A DNA stretch of 64,000 nucleotides from Salpingoeca rosetta. Taxonomy: Eukaryota > Protista > Choanoflagellata. The stretch covers positions 998,360-1,062,359 of the forward strand of contig JAWQFM010000003.1 in the NCBI GenBank assembly GCA_033442325.1. The letters run 5' to 3'. The position numbers were made by a program, and so were the translations under genes. Below are positions 1-15,904 of this stretch, piece by piece (position 1 is the first letter of the stretch; each line of letters opens with the position of its first letter). The notes beneath the pieces were generated by a model. It saw only the letters and a program-made list of their open reading frames with translations, searched no databases and was not told where the DNA came from.

Positions 1-1785
<1,785 letters not shown>

Positions 1786-1858
1786 CGCTGGTTGCGACAC
1801 CACAAAAAGTCGCCACACATCCGCCCGTATTTTTTTTTTCTTCCGCCGCCGTTGCTGA

Positions 1859-1873
1859 GCTGCCCAAGACAAC
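1859..1873. promoter_or_regulatory. Candidate X-box (RFX site) upstream of IFT46
   Basis: GCTGCC-CAA-GACAAC is an imperfect X-box palindrome about 150 bp upstream of the IFT46 ATG. Confidence 0.35.
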
Positions 1874-2025
1874 AAACAACGTTCAACAGCTGCATCGTCC
1901 CGACTGCTGTTGTTGTGTGTGTGTTTGACGGAAGACGGAGCAGGCAAGCGAGCAAACAAGCAAACCAGGAGGCACGAAGATCGTTTGACACACAAGACCC
2001 GTGGGTGCATGGGTTTGTGTCTACT

Positions 2026-2599
2026 ATGTCCAATCAGCGTCGAGCGCAAGCAGCATCTCTCCAGCCCTCTTCAGTGCGTTGCGTGTGGATTGTGGGTGTG
2101 CGCGACGAGATTCATGTTGTTGTACGTGCGTGTTGATGTGGATACGTGCGAGGTTGATGTTGTTGGTTGGATGGTTTGTTGGTTGGCTGGTTTGTTGGTT
2201 GGTTTGTTGGTGTTGAGGCAGCCGCGGTGTGCGTCGTGTGTGTGTGTGTGTGTGTGGAATGGTTTGCTTGAGTGACGACTGCTGGAGACGTTGCTCACGA
2301 GTAGCTCTCTATGTTGTGTTTTGTTCATGCTTTCGTTCATCAAGGTCGTTGATAACCAGCCGTTTGACGAAGTCTACGAGGTAGACGATCCGGAGGAAAT
2401 TGCCAGCAACCTTGCACACTCCCCATCTCCTTCCCGCGCCCTTGTACCTGACCGCCCCGTATTTGAACCGGGCAACACCCCTCCACGTTCCCCATCCACA
2501 GCAGGCCGGAGTGAATACGACGGAGACGTTGCAGCCACCGTACGTGGACATACTCCTATGCTTGTGTGTGTGTGTGTGTGTACGTGTGTGTGTACGTGT

Positions 2600-2633
<34 letters not shown>

Positions 2634-3002
2634 TGGAGGGGAGGGGGTGTCGTCATCGTTGTGCTTGTCATGGTGCATGCGTGATGGCGACGACATGTGG
2701 GTGCGCTCGTTTTTGTGTGTATGCTGGTTCGTGTGTCAGCAACGGTTGTGCCAATCGTGGCTGTGGTGAGTCCATCATTGTTTTTGCCACTCACACTCAC
2801 GCGGGACAACGTTGACGGCTTGGCCAGGACATGGAAGACGCGCTGGGCTTGGGCAGAACCTCGCAGCCAGATGTGGCCATTGAGGACGACTCGGATTCAC
2901 AGTCGGAGCAAAGTCAAAGCAGTTCAGAGCTCGATGGATCCACATTGGGTGCGTTGTAGTTTGCGCGGCTATGCATGCGGTGCCGCGTAGCGCTTCAAAT
3001 GC

Positions 3003-3038
<36 letters not shown>

Positions 3039-4042
3039 GTGTGTGTGTGCGAGAAGTTGTGCGCTCGTGTGTTTTGGTCTGTTTATCCACAGGTGTGTAT
3101 AATGCGTTCTCACCCACGTCGCGCCACGTGATACATTTCCCTGCAATATGCGCACATGCCTCTCCTCTTTCTCACGTCTTTGCTAACTGCCACCCGCTGT
3201 CGTATGGCCAAAATCATGGCAGCCCCAAAGCTTGAGGGGGCGTATGACCCCACCGAGTACTCGTCCCTGAACGTCGGCGATGAGATCCAAGACCTCTTTG
3301 AACACATCACCAGGTCTGCTGGCACTGTCGATTGCGGTCGTTGGTTGATGCCTTATGGCTCTCTTGTTTGCTGAAAGCTTTACAACCACCGACAGGCGTT
3401 GCATCACCAAACGTTCACATACTCACGCGGTTATGAACGTGTGCGTGTGTGTGTGTGCATGTGTGTGTGCGTGTGCGTGCATGTGTGTGTGTGTGCGCAT
3501 AGCTTTGAGCCCGAGGTGCTTGAGTTGGAGACGAAGCTGAAGCCGTTCATTCCAGAGTACATCCCCGCTGTCGGCGATATTGACGCTTTCCTCAAGGTGC
3601 TGCATGTGGTGGATTGCTTGCTGTGCTCGAGCGTGTTGTGTGCATGGCTGTTCGGGCGCCCTGCTGTGGTGTGTTGTTTCTTTTACTGCGATGACGCGAA
3701 CAGGTCACGCTGCACCACTTTCATCATAACCACAATCACACCAACCACACCAACCACAATCACCAATCACCATCCATGACAACACCACTCCACCCCTCTC
3801 TTTCAGATACCGCGGCCCGATGGCGTCGACCAAGGCCTTGGTCTCGTTGTTCTCGACGAGCCGTGCGCCGCACAGTCAGGTACAGTCATGCACACACAAA
3901 CAGGCACACACACACACAAACAGGCACACACACAGACACACACAGGCACAGACAGACACACACACACACGGACAGGCAGACAGATAGACACATATGCGCG
4001 CCCTCGCTGTTTCACTCACTCGCACTCACAATTACTGTGGGC

Positions 4043-4088
<46 letters not shown>

Positions 4089-4265
4089 TGTTGCGCAGAC
4101 GCGACGGTGTTGGATCTGCACCTGCGAACGATTGCGAAGACAACAAGCAGCAAGCCGACGAAGTTGAACCAAATCAAGGACGCAGAACAGGACACAAAGG
4201 TGTGATAGGCTGGCCATCGCTCGGGCTGTCACAATAGACCTCAATGCACACCCGCACTTCAACGG

Positions 4266-4363
<98 letters not shown>

Positions 4364-5060
4364 CACACGACACCACAATACCACCTGCCAAAACGCCGGC
4401 TTGCTTGCAGGCAATTGACACGTGGGTGACGAGCATTGCAGAGGTGCACAGGGACAAGCAACCGCAGACGGTGCACTACACGGGTGCGATGCCTGATCTC
4501 GAGTCGCTGATGCAGGAGTGGCCACCACAGATGGAGGCATTGTTGGACAAGGTGCAGCTGCCGTCCGGCGACCTCAACGTCTCTCTCCAGGAGATGACAG
4601 ACATTGCATGCGGTGAGGGCGCCCGGGTGGCGAGGGAAGGATGAGATGGTTGAGGTGATAGCTGTGTGTGTGTATGTACTTTGTGTGTGTGTATGTGTTG
4701 TTTTGTGTGTGTGTGTGTGTGTTGGTTTTTTTGTGTTGTGTTGTTTTGTGTGTTGTGTTGTGAGTTGCAGTGTTGTGTGTAGTTGTGTTGCTGTGTGTGA
4801 GAGGAAGTGCATGTTGCTTGGGGTGCCCCGCTTTGCACCGCTCACGTTTCCCCCAACACGCGCACACATGTGTACACGAACCAACCACAACCCGCACAGC
4901 GCTGCTTGACATTCCCGTGCACAAGAGCCGAATCGAAAGCCTTCACCTACTGTTCAGCCTGTTTGCGGAGTTCAAGAACTCACAGCACTTCAAGGCAGAA
5001 GAGGAAGAGGACGACGATGCGGACGAAGCAGCCGGCGAAGACATTGCAACGTTCGACTAA
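2026..5060 (+). CDS. IFT46: Intraflagellar transport protein 46, about 9 exons
   Basis: Exons give VVDNQPFDE, EGAYDPTEYSSLNVGDEIQDLFEHITR, LETKLKPFIPEYIPAVGDIDAFLK, GLVVLDEPCAAQSDATVLDL, MPDLESLMQEWP, LLDIPVHKSRIESLHLLFSLFAEFKNSQHF; TAA at 5058-5060. Confidence 0.95.
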
Positions 5061-5088
5061 CCGATTACACACCCACACACCCACCCAC

Positions 5089-5136
<48 letters not shown>

Positions 5137-5276
5137 CAGTGCCTCTCTTGCTCTCCTCTTTTTTCTTGTACACAGCCAGACAAAACGCAAACACAACACA
5201 GCACGTGCTTTGTTCCTTGCACGACCAACATCTCGAATGAACCAGCGTCACAACCAAACCCGCATTCAACACGCGA

Positions 5277-5307
<31 letters not shown>

Positions 5308-5477
5308 CATTTGCTTCATCTATTGGCATGTATTGAGATGAGAGCAAGCACCACGCGCTCAACTACGAGAAATCCCTCAGCAACACGGCCCCACCACGAC
5401 AATACACGACACCAGCAGCATTGCGATATGGCCACTGGCTGAGAAATAACGACAGCAACTGTGACACAGCAATGCCA

Positions 5478-5510
<33 letters not shown>

Positions 5511-5954
5511 GGGGTGTTGCAAGGGAAGGAAAGCGAGATGCAACCAACGACAAAGCACAACGGCAACTGCAACGCAAAGGGCGCCAATATCATCCAATCA
5601 CCAACACGGTACACACAACTGGCGAAGCAAACGCAGGTGATGATGGCACAACTGAGGTCATAGTTGGGAAGAGACAGAGAGAGAGAGGCGGGGCGGTGTA
5701 GTTGTAGCAGTAGTGGTGGTGGTCGGCGATGTTGTTGCAACTAGGATGGATAGGAGAGCAAAAACGAAGGCGGAGGGGGGGGGGAGTGGTAAATCCAGGC
5801 ATGGACAGCTGCCAAAAGCATCATCTGTACCAACGTCAGCAGCAAAACAAATTAACCCAAGCAAGACATGCAGAGAGGAGAGCAGCAGAGGAAAACGGGG
5901 GGGGGGGGGAAGAGGATTGCAGAGAGAACAAGGATGGCATAGAGCGAAGGGAGA

Positions 5955-6015
<61 letters not shown>

Positions 6016-6048
6016 GTATGAAGCACGTTGTGCGCATGTGCCTGGAGT

Positions 6049-8273
<2,225 letters not shown>

Positions 8274-9300
8274 GGTGGACGTTGTACGTGTGTGCGCCTG
8301 TGTGTGGCTGTGTGTGTGTGCGCGCGATGGGAACCAAAAGACACAACTGTGCAGCGGCAAACCCAAACAAAACCCAAAAGGGAAGGCTTTCCAGTTCCTA
8401 ACGCTAGGTGCGACTGCAGTGTGTGTGCGTGTGTGTGTTTGTGTTTGTGTGTTTGTGTTTGTGTGTGTGTTGGTGGTGGGTGAGGGACTGACAGTTTCCA
8501 TCCATCCATCCATCCATCCATCCATCCATCCACCCCACTCCTTGCTCCACCAGACACAGCATGCACGCCTGTTTCCCTCCCCCTCCTCATCACACACACA
8601 CACACACACCTTCTTGTCTTCGTGGTGCTTCTTGTGCCTTTTGCTTGGTTGGCGATTTATGGCGTGCAAGTTATATACTTGCATCAGCTATCCACCACAC
8701 TCAAGGGCGCATTAGGCTGCCTTGACACAAAGCGGGACACGAATTCTTTTTTTTATTCTCGTGGCTGTGCTGTGCGGCGAGTCACGATTCTTCGCTCTTC
8801 CTTTCCTCGCTCTCTGCCCAACCTACACAGCTGACCACTTCCTTCGCTTGTGGTTGCTCGCAAGCACGCACGCACGGGACCTTCTTGTTCCTCCTTTTTG
8901 TCAAGCCACACCAATAAAAGCACGCAGTGTGTGGCGTCGCTCCAGCCAGGCGGAACAAGAAGGAGAGGCCATTTCCTTGTGCTTGCTTCTTCTCCTCTCC
9001 TTCGTCCAGCGCGCGGCAGAGCCACGCACGCAGCCAGTGAAGCGACAACCTCTCTGACGACAGCGAGCAAAGGTGAGCATGCAAGCGGGCTACGAGCCAG
9101 CACTCGCAAAGTGGCCAGAAGACCCTGGCACGAAATTTCAATCCATTTCCCGGAAGCAAGGGGGCGGATGATGGTGATCTGTGGCATTGATGTGTGTGCG
9201 TGTGTGGTTGTGGGGTTGGATTTGACTGCGATGCCGATGATGCTGCTTGCTGGGGGCTGCTGTGCCATTGTGATGTCACGGCATGTTTGCGTGGCGATGA

Positions 9301-9354
<54 letters not shown>

Positions 9355-9668
9355 ACACACACACACACTCACACACACACACACATCCACCCAAACAAGC
9401 GCGCCACACACAAAGTATGCACCCCACCCATCCACACACACATTCAAGCAAAAACACAAACACAAACACCCACCTGCTCCGCTCACCAACCAACAACCTT
9501 GCTGTTGATCCCATCTTCATCATCATCATCATCATCAGGTTGATGTGACACGGTCTGCACTTGACTTGCAATAATTCTACATACATCGTCCTCCTCCTTC
9601 GCCCACGGCATCCGCATCGCCTTCTCGCTCCACCACCAGCCCCACCAGCACACCACTAGCCCCTCTCC

Positions 9669-9714
<46 letters not shown>

Positions 9715-9792
9715 ACGCGCATCCCTGACAAGCGCGCGCGCGTGTGTGTGTGCGTGTGAGAGCATAATCAGCAGTCGAAGCGAGTCGCCGTC

Positions 9793-12565
9793 ATGCCGCT
9801 TCCCACGCCAACCTACGCTGCCCTGATTGCCGTGGCCATTGCGGGCGCGCCGGAGAAGCGCCTCGTCTTGGACGACGTGTACAGCTTTGTTGGCAAGTAC
9901 CGCCGGCTCGTGCCCGCCGCCAACGACAACTGGCGCAATTCCGTCCGCCACAACCTGAGCCTTCGCAAGTGCTTTGTCAAGGTGCCTCGCCGCAATGACG
10001 CGGGAAAGCTGCTCAGCGCGTGGTGGACGGTGGCCGAGGAAGGCCTGCCAAAGACAGCAACAGAGTACCTCAACTTCTTCCATCGCATGCGCAGGGAGAA
10101 CCCAGGGTACAGGGCAGAGGACTGCCTTGACGCCGTTGTCGCAGCGCACGGTGTGGACCTCAACTCCCCTGCCCCTCCTTCCAAATCAAAGTCAAGCTCA
10201 AAGAGCAGATCAAGGTGTGTGTGTGTGTGTGTTTTTTTTTGCACGTGTTTGGTTTGTATTTGTATTTGTGTGTGTTGTGGTTTGTGTTTGTATTTGCGTG
10301 TGTGTTTGCACTTGTTTGTATTTGTGTTTATGCACTTGTTTGTATTTGTTTATGCACTTGTTTGTATTTGTGTTTGTGCTTGTTAGCTAGCGTTTATGGC
10401 CATCGTGTGTTGCGCACTCGCACAGCCACAAACAGCAACACGCACAGCAACACGCACACCCACCCTCTCTGTTCCGTCTCTGTGCATCGAGCCATCGTGC
10501 TGCGCGCACTGCATCACGGCACCTTGGGGAGGCAGTGAACGTGTTGGCGTCGCTAAACGTATTGTGTCGCAATCCACTCACACCTTTTCGCTTTTTGTCT
10601 GCCAACCTTTGGCACCTTCATCCCCCTCTGCCTCGCCCCCCCCCCCCGCTTCAACGTTCCTGTTGGCACAGGAGCCGAAGCCGCAAGTCGAGCACCAAGG
10701 GCCGCTCAAAGTCCTTCACGGCGTCCACTGCCCCAACGGCAACGGCAACGGCGCCCGCCACCCCCGCCACCCCTGGTGTGCCCGCAGCACCCCGCGGCGA
10801 CAGCGGCATCGACTCGTCGAATGCCACGCCAGGCGCATCCCCGCCACACGAGAGCAACCGCGCAGGCAATGGCAATGGCGGCGGCCTGCCATCGTCGCTC
10901 CGGCACGCAGCGCCGCGCCGCATGCGCACATTCAGCATCGACTCTGATGCGTCGGAGATCTCAACCAACTCGTACGACACGCTCCTCTGGCCGTTTGCGG
11001 ACCGCGACAGCGAGTGCAGCGACACGGGGTCCATGGCCGACCTGCATGCTGGGGAGGACGACGTCAGCCTGCGCCTGCAGTGCCAGATGCTGCACCTTGA
11101 CCGCGCATCCCCTTCCGCCTACGACGCATACACAGACGACCCCTTTGGTCCTTCGCCAGGCCCCCACAGCGCAGGAAACAGCCGTGCAGACCCCTTTGCC
11201 GCCGTGGATGTGTTCAGCACCGTCAGCAGCAGCAGTGGCGGTGGCAGCGGTGTTGTTGACCAGCACACCATCGCCTCGTGGGTCAACTCAACCATGGCCG
11301 CCTCTCTCAACAACCAACAGCACCACCACCACCACCAGCACCAGCAGCACGAACCGCCCTCACCGCTCACGGCAGATGGCATGCAGGGCACCCTGTCCTC
11401 CTCCTCCTCCACCAACTCCTTGTCTGGCACAGTCGCCCTCTCCTCGGTGCAGGTCTTCCAGCACCACCAGCAGCACCAGCCTGCAGACCTCGACGCACAG
11501 GGCGACGTGTTTCACCAGCCGTCCTCAGGCTCCTCTCCAAACCCATGGGCAACATCAAGCCATCACCACCACCAGCACCAACAGCAGCACGGCATGACGC
11601 GCGCTCGCAGCAGCTCCGCCATTCTCCCGCAAACACATACACGGCAGCAGCAGGCCACGGCACCGCCGCCACCAGCGCCGTCAGCAACAGCAACAACAAC
11701 AACAGAGGCGGCGGGGCAGCAGAAGCGCGCTTCCCTCGAGCGGCGGCGAAACTCGCAGCCAAACCTGATCCTGGACCGTATCCGCAGGTCGCTGTCGCTT
11801 GAGGCCCGCCCGCGCTCAAAGAGCATGAAGCAGCAGCAGCAGCAGCAGCAGATGTTGATGCAGCAACAACAACAACAACAGCAGCACCAGCACCAGCACC
11901 AGGAAGCAAACGCAGCGGCAACGCACGGTGGCGACGACGGCACTGGTGTGCAGCCATTGTCCATGAGCGGGGCGACGGGTCGCGCAGGTCCCGGCCGGAG
12001 TGTGTTTGGCCGAAGCCTGTCTGCTGGGGCGGCGCAGTTGCAGCAGTACCGTAAACGCCGCCAGCAGCAGCGGCAACAGCAGCTCGCAGCCATGCAGGCA
12101 GGCCACCAGCACCACCACCTCCAGCAGCACCACCACCAGCAGCAACATCAGCAGCAATTCCAACACCAACTGCAGCAGTACAGCCAGGCAAGCCATCCTC
12201 CATCATCTTCGTCGTCATCATCATACCACCAGCACCAGCACCAGCAGCAACAGCAGCACCAGCAACAGCACCACGAGTACGGAGAGCAGGAGGGTGAGGT
12301 GCGCCCACGTCGGCATTCGCACGAGAGCGCGCCCTACATCCCGCGCATTGCGTCGCTGCTCATGGACGCAAAGCCGCTGCCTGTGCTGCAGGCGGAGGAC
12401 GTTGCCTTTATCAACATGAACGACGTCAAGATTGACAACATCAACGAGCTCCTGAGCGACCTGCCCCAGACAGACGCACAGTACCAGGACACTACGCCGT
12501 CCACCCCCTCCAGCTACCACGCTGGCTCCTACCACGGCTTTGCGCCCTCGGGCATGAGCTTCTGA
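9793..12565 (+). CDS. Forkhead-box transcription factor; exons about 9793-10214 and 10672-12565; long Q/H/S-rich tail
   Basis: Forkhead domain PTYAALIAVAI...KRLVLDDVYSFV...NWRNSVRHNLSLRKCFVKVPR...GKLLSAWW. A GT-AG intron at 10215-10671 joins it in frame to the 676-aa ORF. An upstream exon is possible. Confidence 0.92.
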
Positions 12566-13988
12566 CCGCTTCCGGCTGTGCTCGTGTATGGTACTCTTCT
12601 CTCATTGTACTCTCTGTTTCTGTGTGTGCGTGCGTGCGTGTCTCCCTTCCTCTTTGTGTCGTTATCATGTGGTGGTGACAGCCGCCATCGCCTGTTGTTG
12701 TTTTTATTGTTTGTTGCTGTTGTTACTCTTTGTCTTTGATGTTTACCGCGGTGTTGACTGTCTACTATTTCGACCGCGACTACTGTGCCACTACTGCTAC
12801 TACTGATACTGCTACTACTACTTCGACTGCTGCTAATTAACACACCACTCCGTTTTCGCATGCACATATGCACGCACGATCACACGACCACGTTAGTTGT
12901 CTCTTTTCGTTCCGCGTTCCCGTCTGTGCATCCCCGAGCAGTCGTGTGCGCTTTCTTCGTGTTCTCGCTGCCCACCGGCATAGCTGCTCCTTGCGTGCGC
13001 CCGCTGCACCCCTTTATGTCGCCGCATTTAACCTCTGCCCTCGCTTCCTTACCGCTCATGCCCAAGCTTCCCTGTTACACGAACGCGCTTCCTTCCTTAC
13101 ATTACCTATTTCCAGCCGGTCTGTGGCAACTGCAGCTGTTGCACGAAACGTGTGTGCCCCCTTTGCTGCCACCGTGACCCTGTCTGTCGCAGTTGTTACC
13201 CCATCTGCTGCTGGCGCTGTTGGCCATCCCACTTCCGGCAGACGCTGTGTGCCTGCAACGCTTGCACAGCTCGAATGTTCGCTTCGTTTTGGTTTTCTCC
13301 TGCCGATTCCCGTGTTATGCCTTACCGCACCCCTTCTTTGTTCTTCTTTGGTTGCAGTCTGGGCACTTTGAGTTGTTTTGTTTTGTTTCCTTCCTCCTAA
13401 TGCATCGGGCTTAGTTTTTTTCCCCTTGCTTGCTTACTTTGCATCGCTCTCTCCTTACCTTGCACACCTCATTGTTGCGTGTCATTATCATCCTTAGTGT
13501 GCATGTGTGTGCGTGCTCGCGAGGTACTCCGTGGTCAAGTGGTTCTTCGTGTGTTTTATGTTACATTTTTCGCTGTTTCATTCGCCTGTGGTCGCGTTGT
13601 TGTAGACAGCGCATGTAGAGTCACTGCGTGTGTTGGACGCCTTTGCCTGGGCGCTTCCACCTTGGTGGTTGGTGCCAGTTCTGTGGATGCGGCGAAGAAC
13701 ACTGCACGTTTAGGCGTTTCTTGATTCCATTTGCATGTGCAGTGTTCCTTCAGCTTCTCATCCTTGAGCTGCCCTGCCTCCTCCCCCCCCCAACCCTAAA
13801 TCTGCATCACTTGCTGTCCAGCACCCGTGATACGCCGCGCTGTTGGTGTCACTGCCACTTTGCCGCTGTGGTCGTTTGTTCTCTTGCTGCATGTAGTGGT
13901 TTGAACCAGTCAAACAATCTCTATTTCCACAACGTCCAATTAAAAAACACAAAATAGATACCACCAGCCAGCCGGCAACAGCTATGGG

Positions 13989-14077
<89 letters not shown>

Positions 14078-14271
14078 CGATGGTGTGCCACAACAACAGC
14101 AACAACAACAACAAAGCACGTGGGTGGCATCGTTGTCAATGAACAAGCCGCTGTGTTCTCGAGTACAACAACAGCAAGCAAGGGAACGCAGAACAGCAAC
14201 AAGCGTTTATGGACATGCATGAGCGAAGCAGAAAGAACACACAAAACACAAGCGGTGATCATGAAAGCGGG

Positions 14272-14466
14272 TCAACGGGCGAGGTGGGGTGCGAGCGCAT
14301 GTGTGGTGTTGATGGCGTGTCGCCAGGCCGCATGCTGCCCAACACAGATGACGAGCCGGCGTGCGCGGGTGACGCCCGTGTAGAGGAGATTGCGGTTCAG
14401 GAACGAGGCGTGCTCCATCGTCAGCGGAATCACAACAGCCGGGAACTCAGACCCCTGCCCAGAGGG

Positions 14467-14565
<99 letters not shown>

Positions 14566-14568
14566 TGA

Positions 14569-14611
<43 letters not shown>

Positions 14612-14668
14612 AGTGAGAGAGAGAGAGAGTGTGTGTGTGTGTGTGGGAGTGAGTGAGTGAGTGAGTGA

Positions 14669-14707
<39 letters not shown>

Positions 14708-15356
14708 AGTGAGTGAGTGAGTGAGTGAGTGTGTGTGTGTGTGTACGTAAGCAAGTGGAAATGTGCGTTCAGATGCGCGTGCTTGCACGCGTGCAGGAAC
14801 AAGGTAGGTTGGATCAATGCCAATCAGAGACACGCAAGCACCCAACCTGTGCCTTGTGGATGGTGATGGCATATCCGAGTGCAAGCGTATCAAGATCAAA
14901 TGGGCTGTACCCAACAATCACATCGCCCTCGTGCAGGTTTGATGTTTGTCCGCGATCGAACTGAACATCCAGCACGTGGTGCCGCTGTCATCACCAGCGT
15001 CATCATGGTGGTGGCAGCAGCGGTGGTGGTGAGTGTGTCGCGGTGACGAACGGCCCAGCAGCGTGTGTGTTGTGTGGAAACTGTGGTAACTGTGGAAACT
15101 CGTGGGGTGGTGGTCGCACGGTGGCAGCGTGTGGAAACTGTGACACACATGTGGCCCACCTTGTTGGGAATGGAGACGACTTGGCCCATTTCGCCGTTGT
15201 ACACGTCCTTCTCCCTATTGTTCACCGTTTGAATCACCTGCACCCGCGGGTTGATTTTGAGATGACAAGGGATTTGAGGTGGGAGAGCGCGATCGGCAGA
15301 ACACGAAAGTCCCGCTAATGTAAGGGCAGCAGGCACACATGCGCAAAAGGCAATCC

Positions 15357-15431
<75 letters not shown>

Positions 15432-15847
15432 TGTCTGAGAGGCGAAAGCCGTGTCTGTTGATGGTGCGCTGGTCCTTGTCCTCGGCCATGTCCACAAATG
15501 CCCCCTGCAACATCGTGTTGAGCTGACGGGAGCTTGCAAGCCCGCGCTGGCGAAGCGGCGTCAGCACCTGGTTGAGTGGAGACAACGCACGGTGGAGCAA
15601 AACAGCAGGGATGTGGGCCGAGGGCGAGGATGTTGAACGGTAAGGGGGTGGTGAACGATCAGCATGGGTTGTGGCGACGACGCAACGTGTGCTGGCATGG
15701 GAAGAAGAAGCGTTAATGCACCGTCACATGCAATGGCGTCATGACGAAATGAGACAGAATAGGGGAGGGTGCGGGGGGGGGGCGTGGTTGTCTCGCACCT
15801 GAATGTCTTTCAGAGGATCAAACCCAAACTGGTCAGGAATCTGTTTC

Positions 15848-15904
<57 letters not shown>

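Noticed and set aside
11367-12308. 313-aa antisense ORF and other antisense ORFs over the Fox, receptor and QARS exons
   Set aside because: They are shadows of GC-rich codon usage and CAG repeats, with no recognisable domains.
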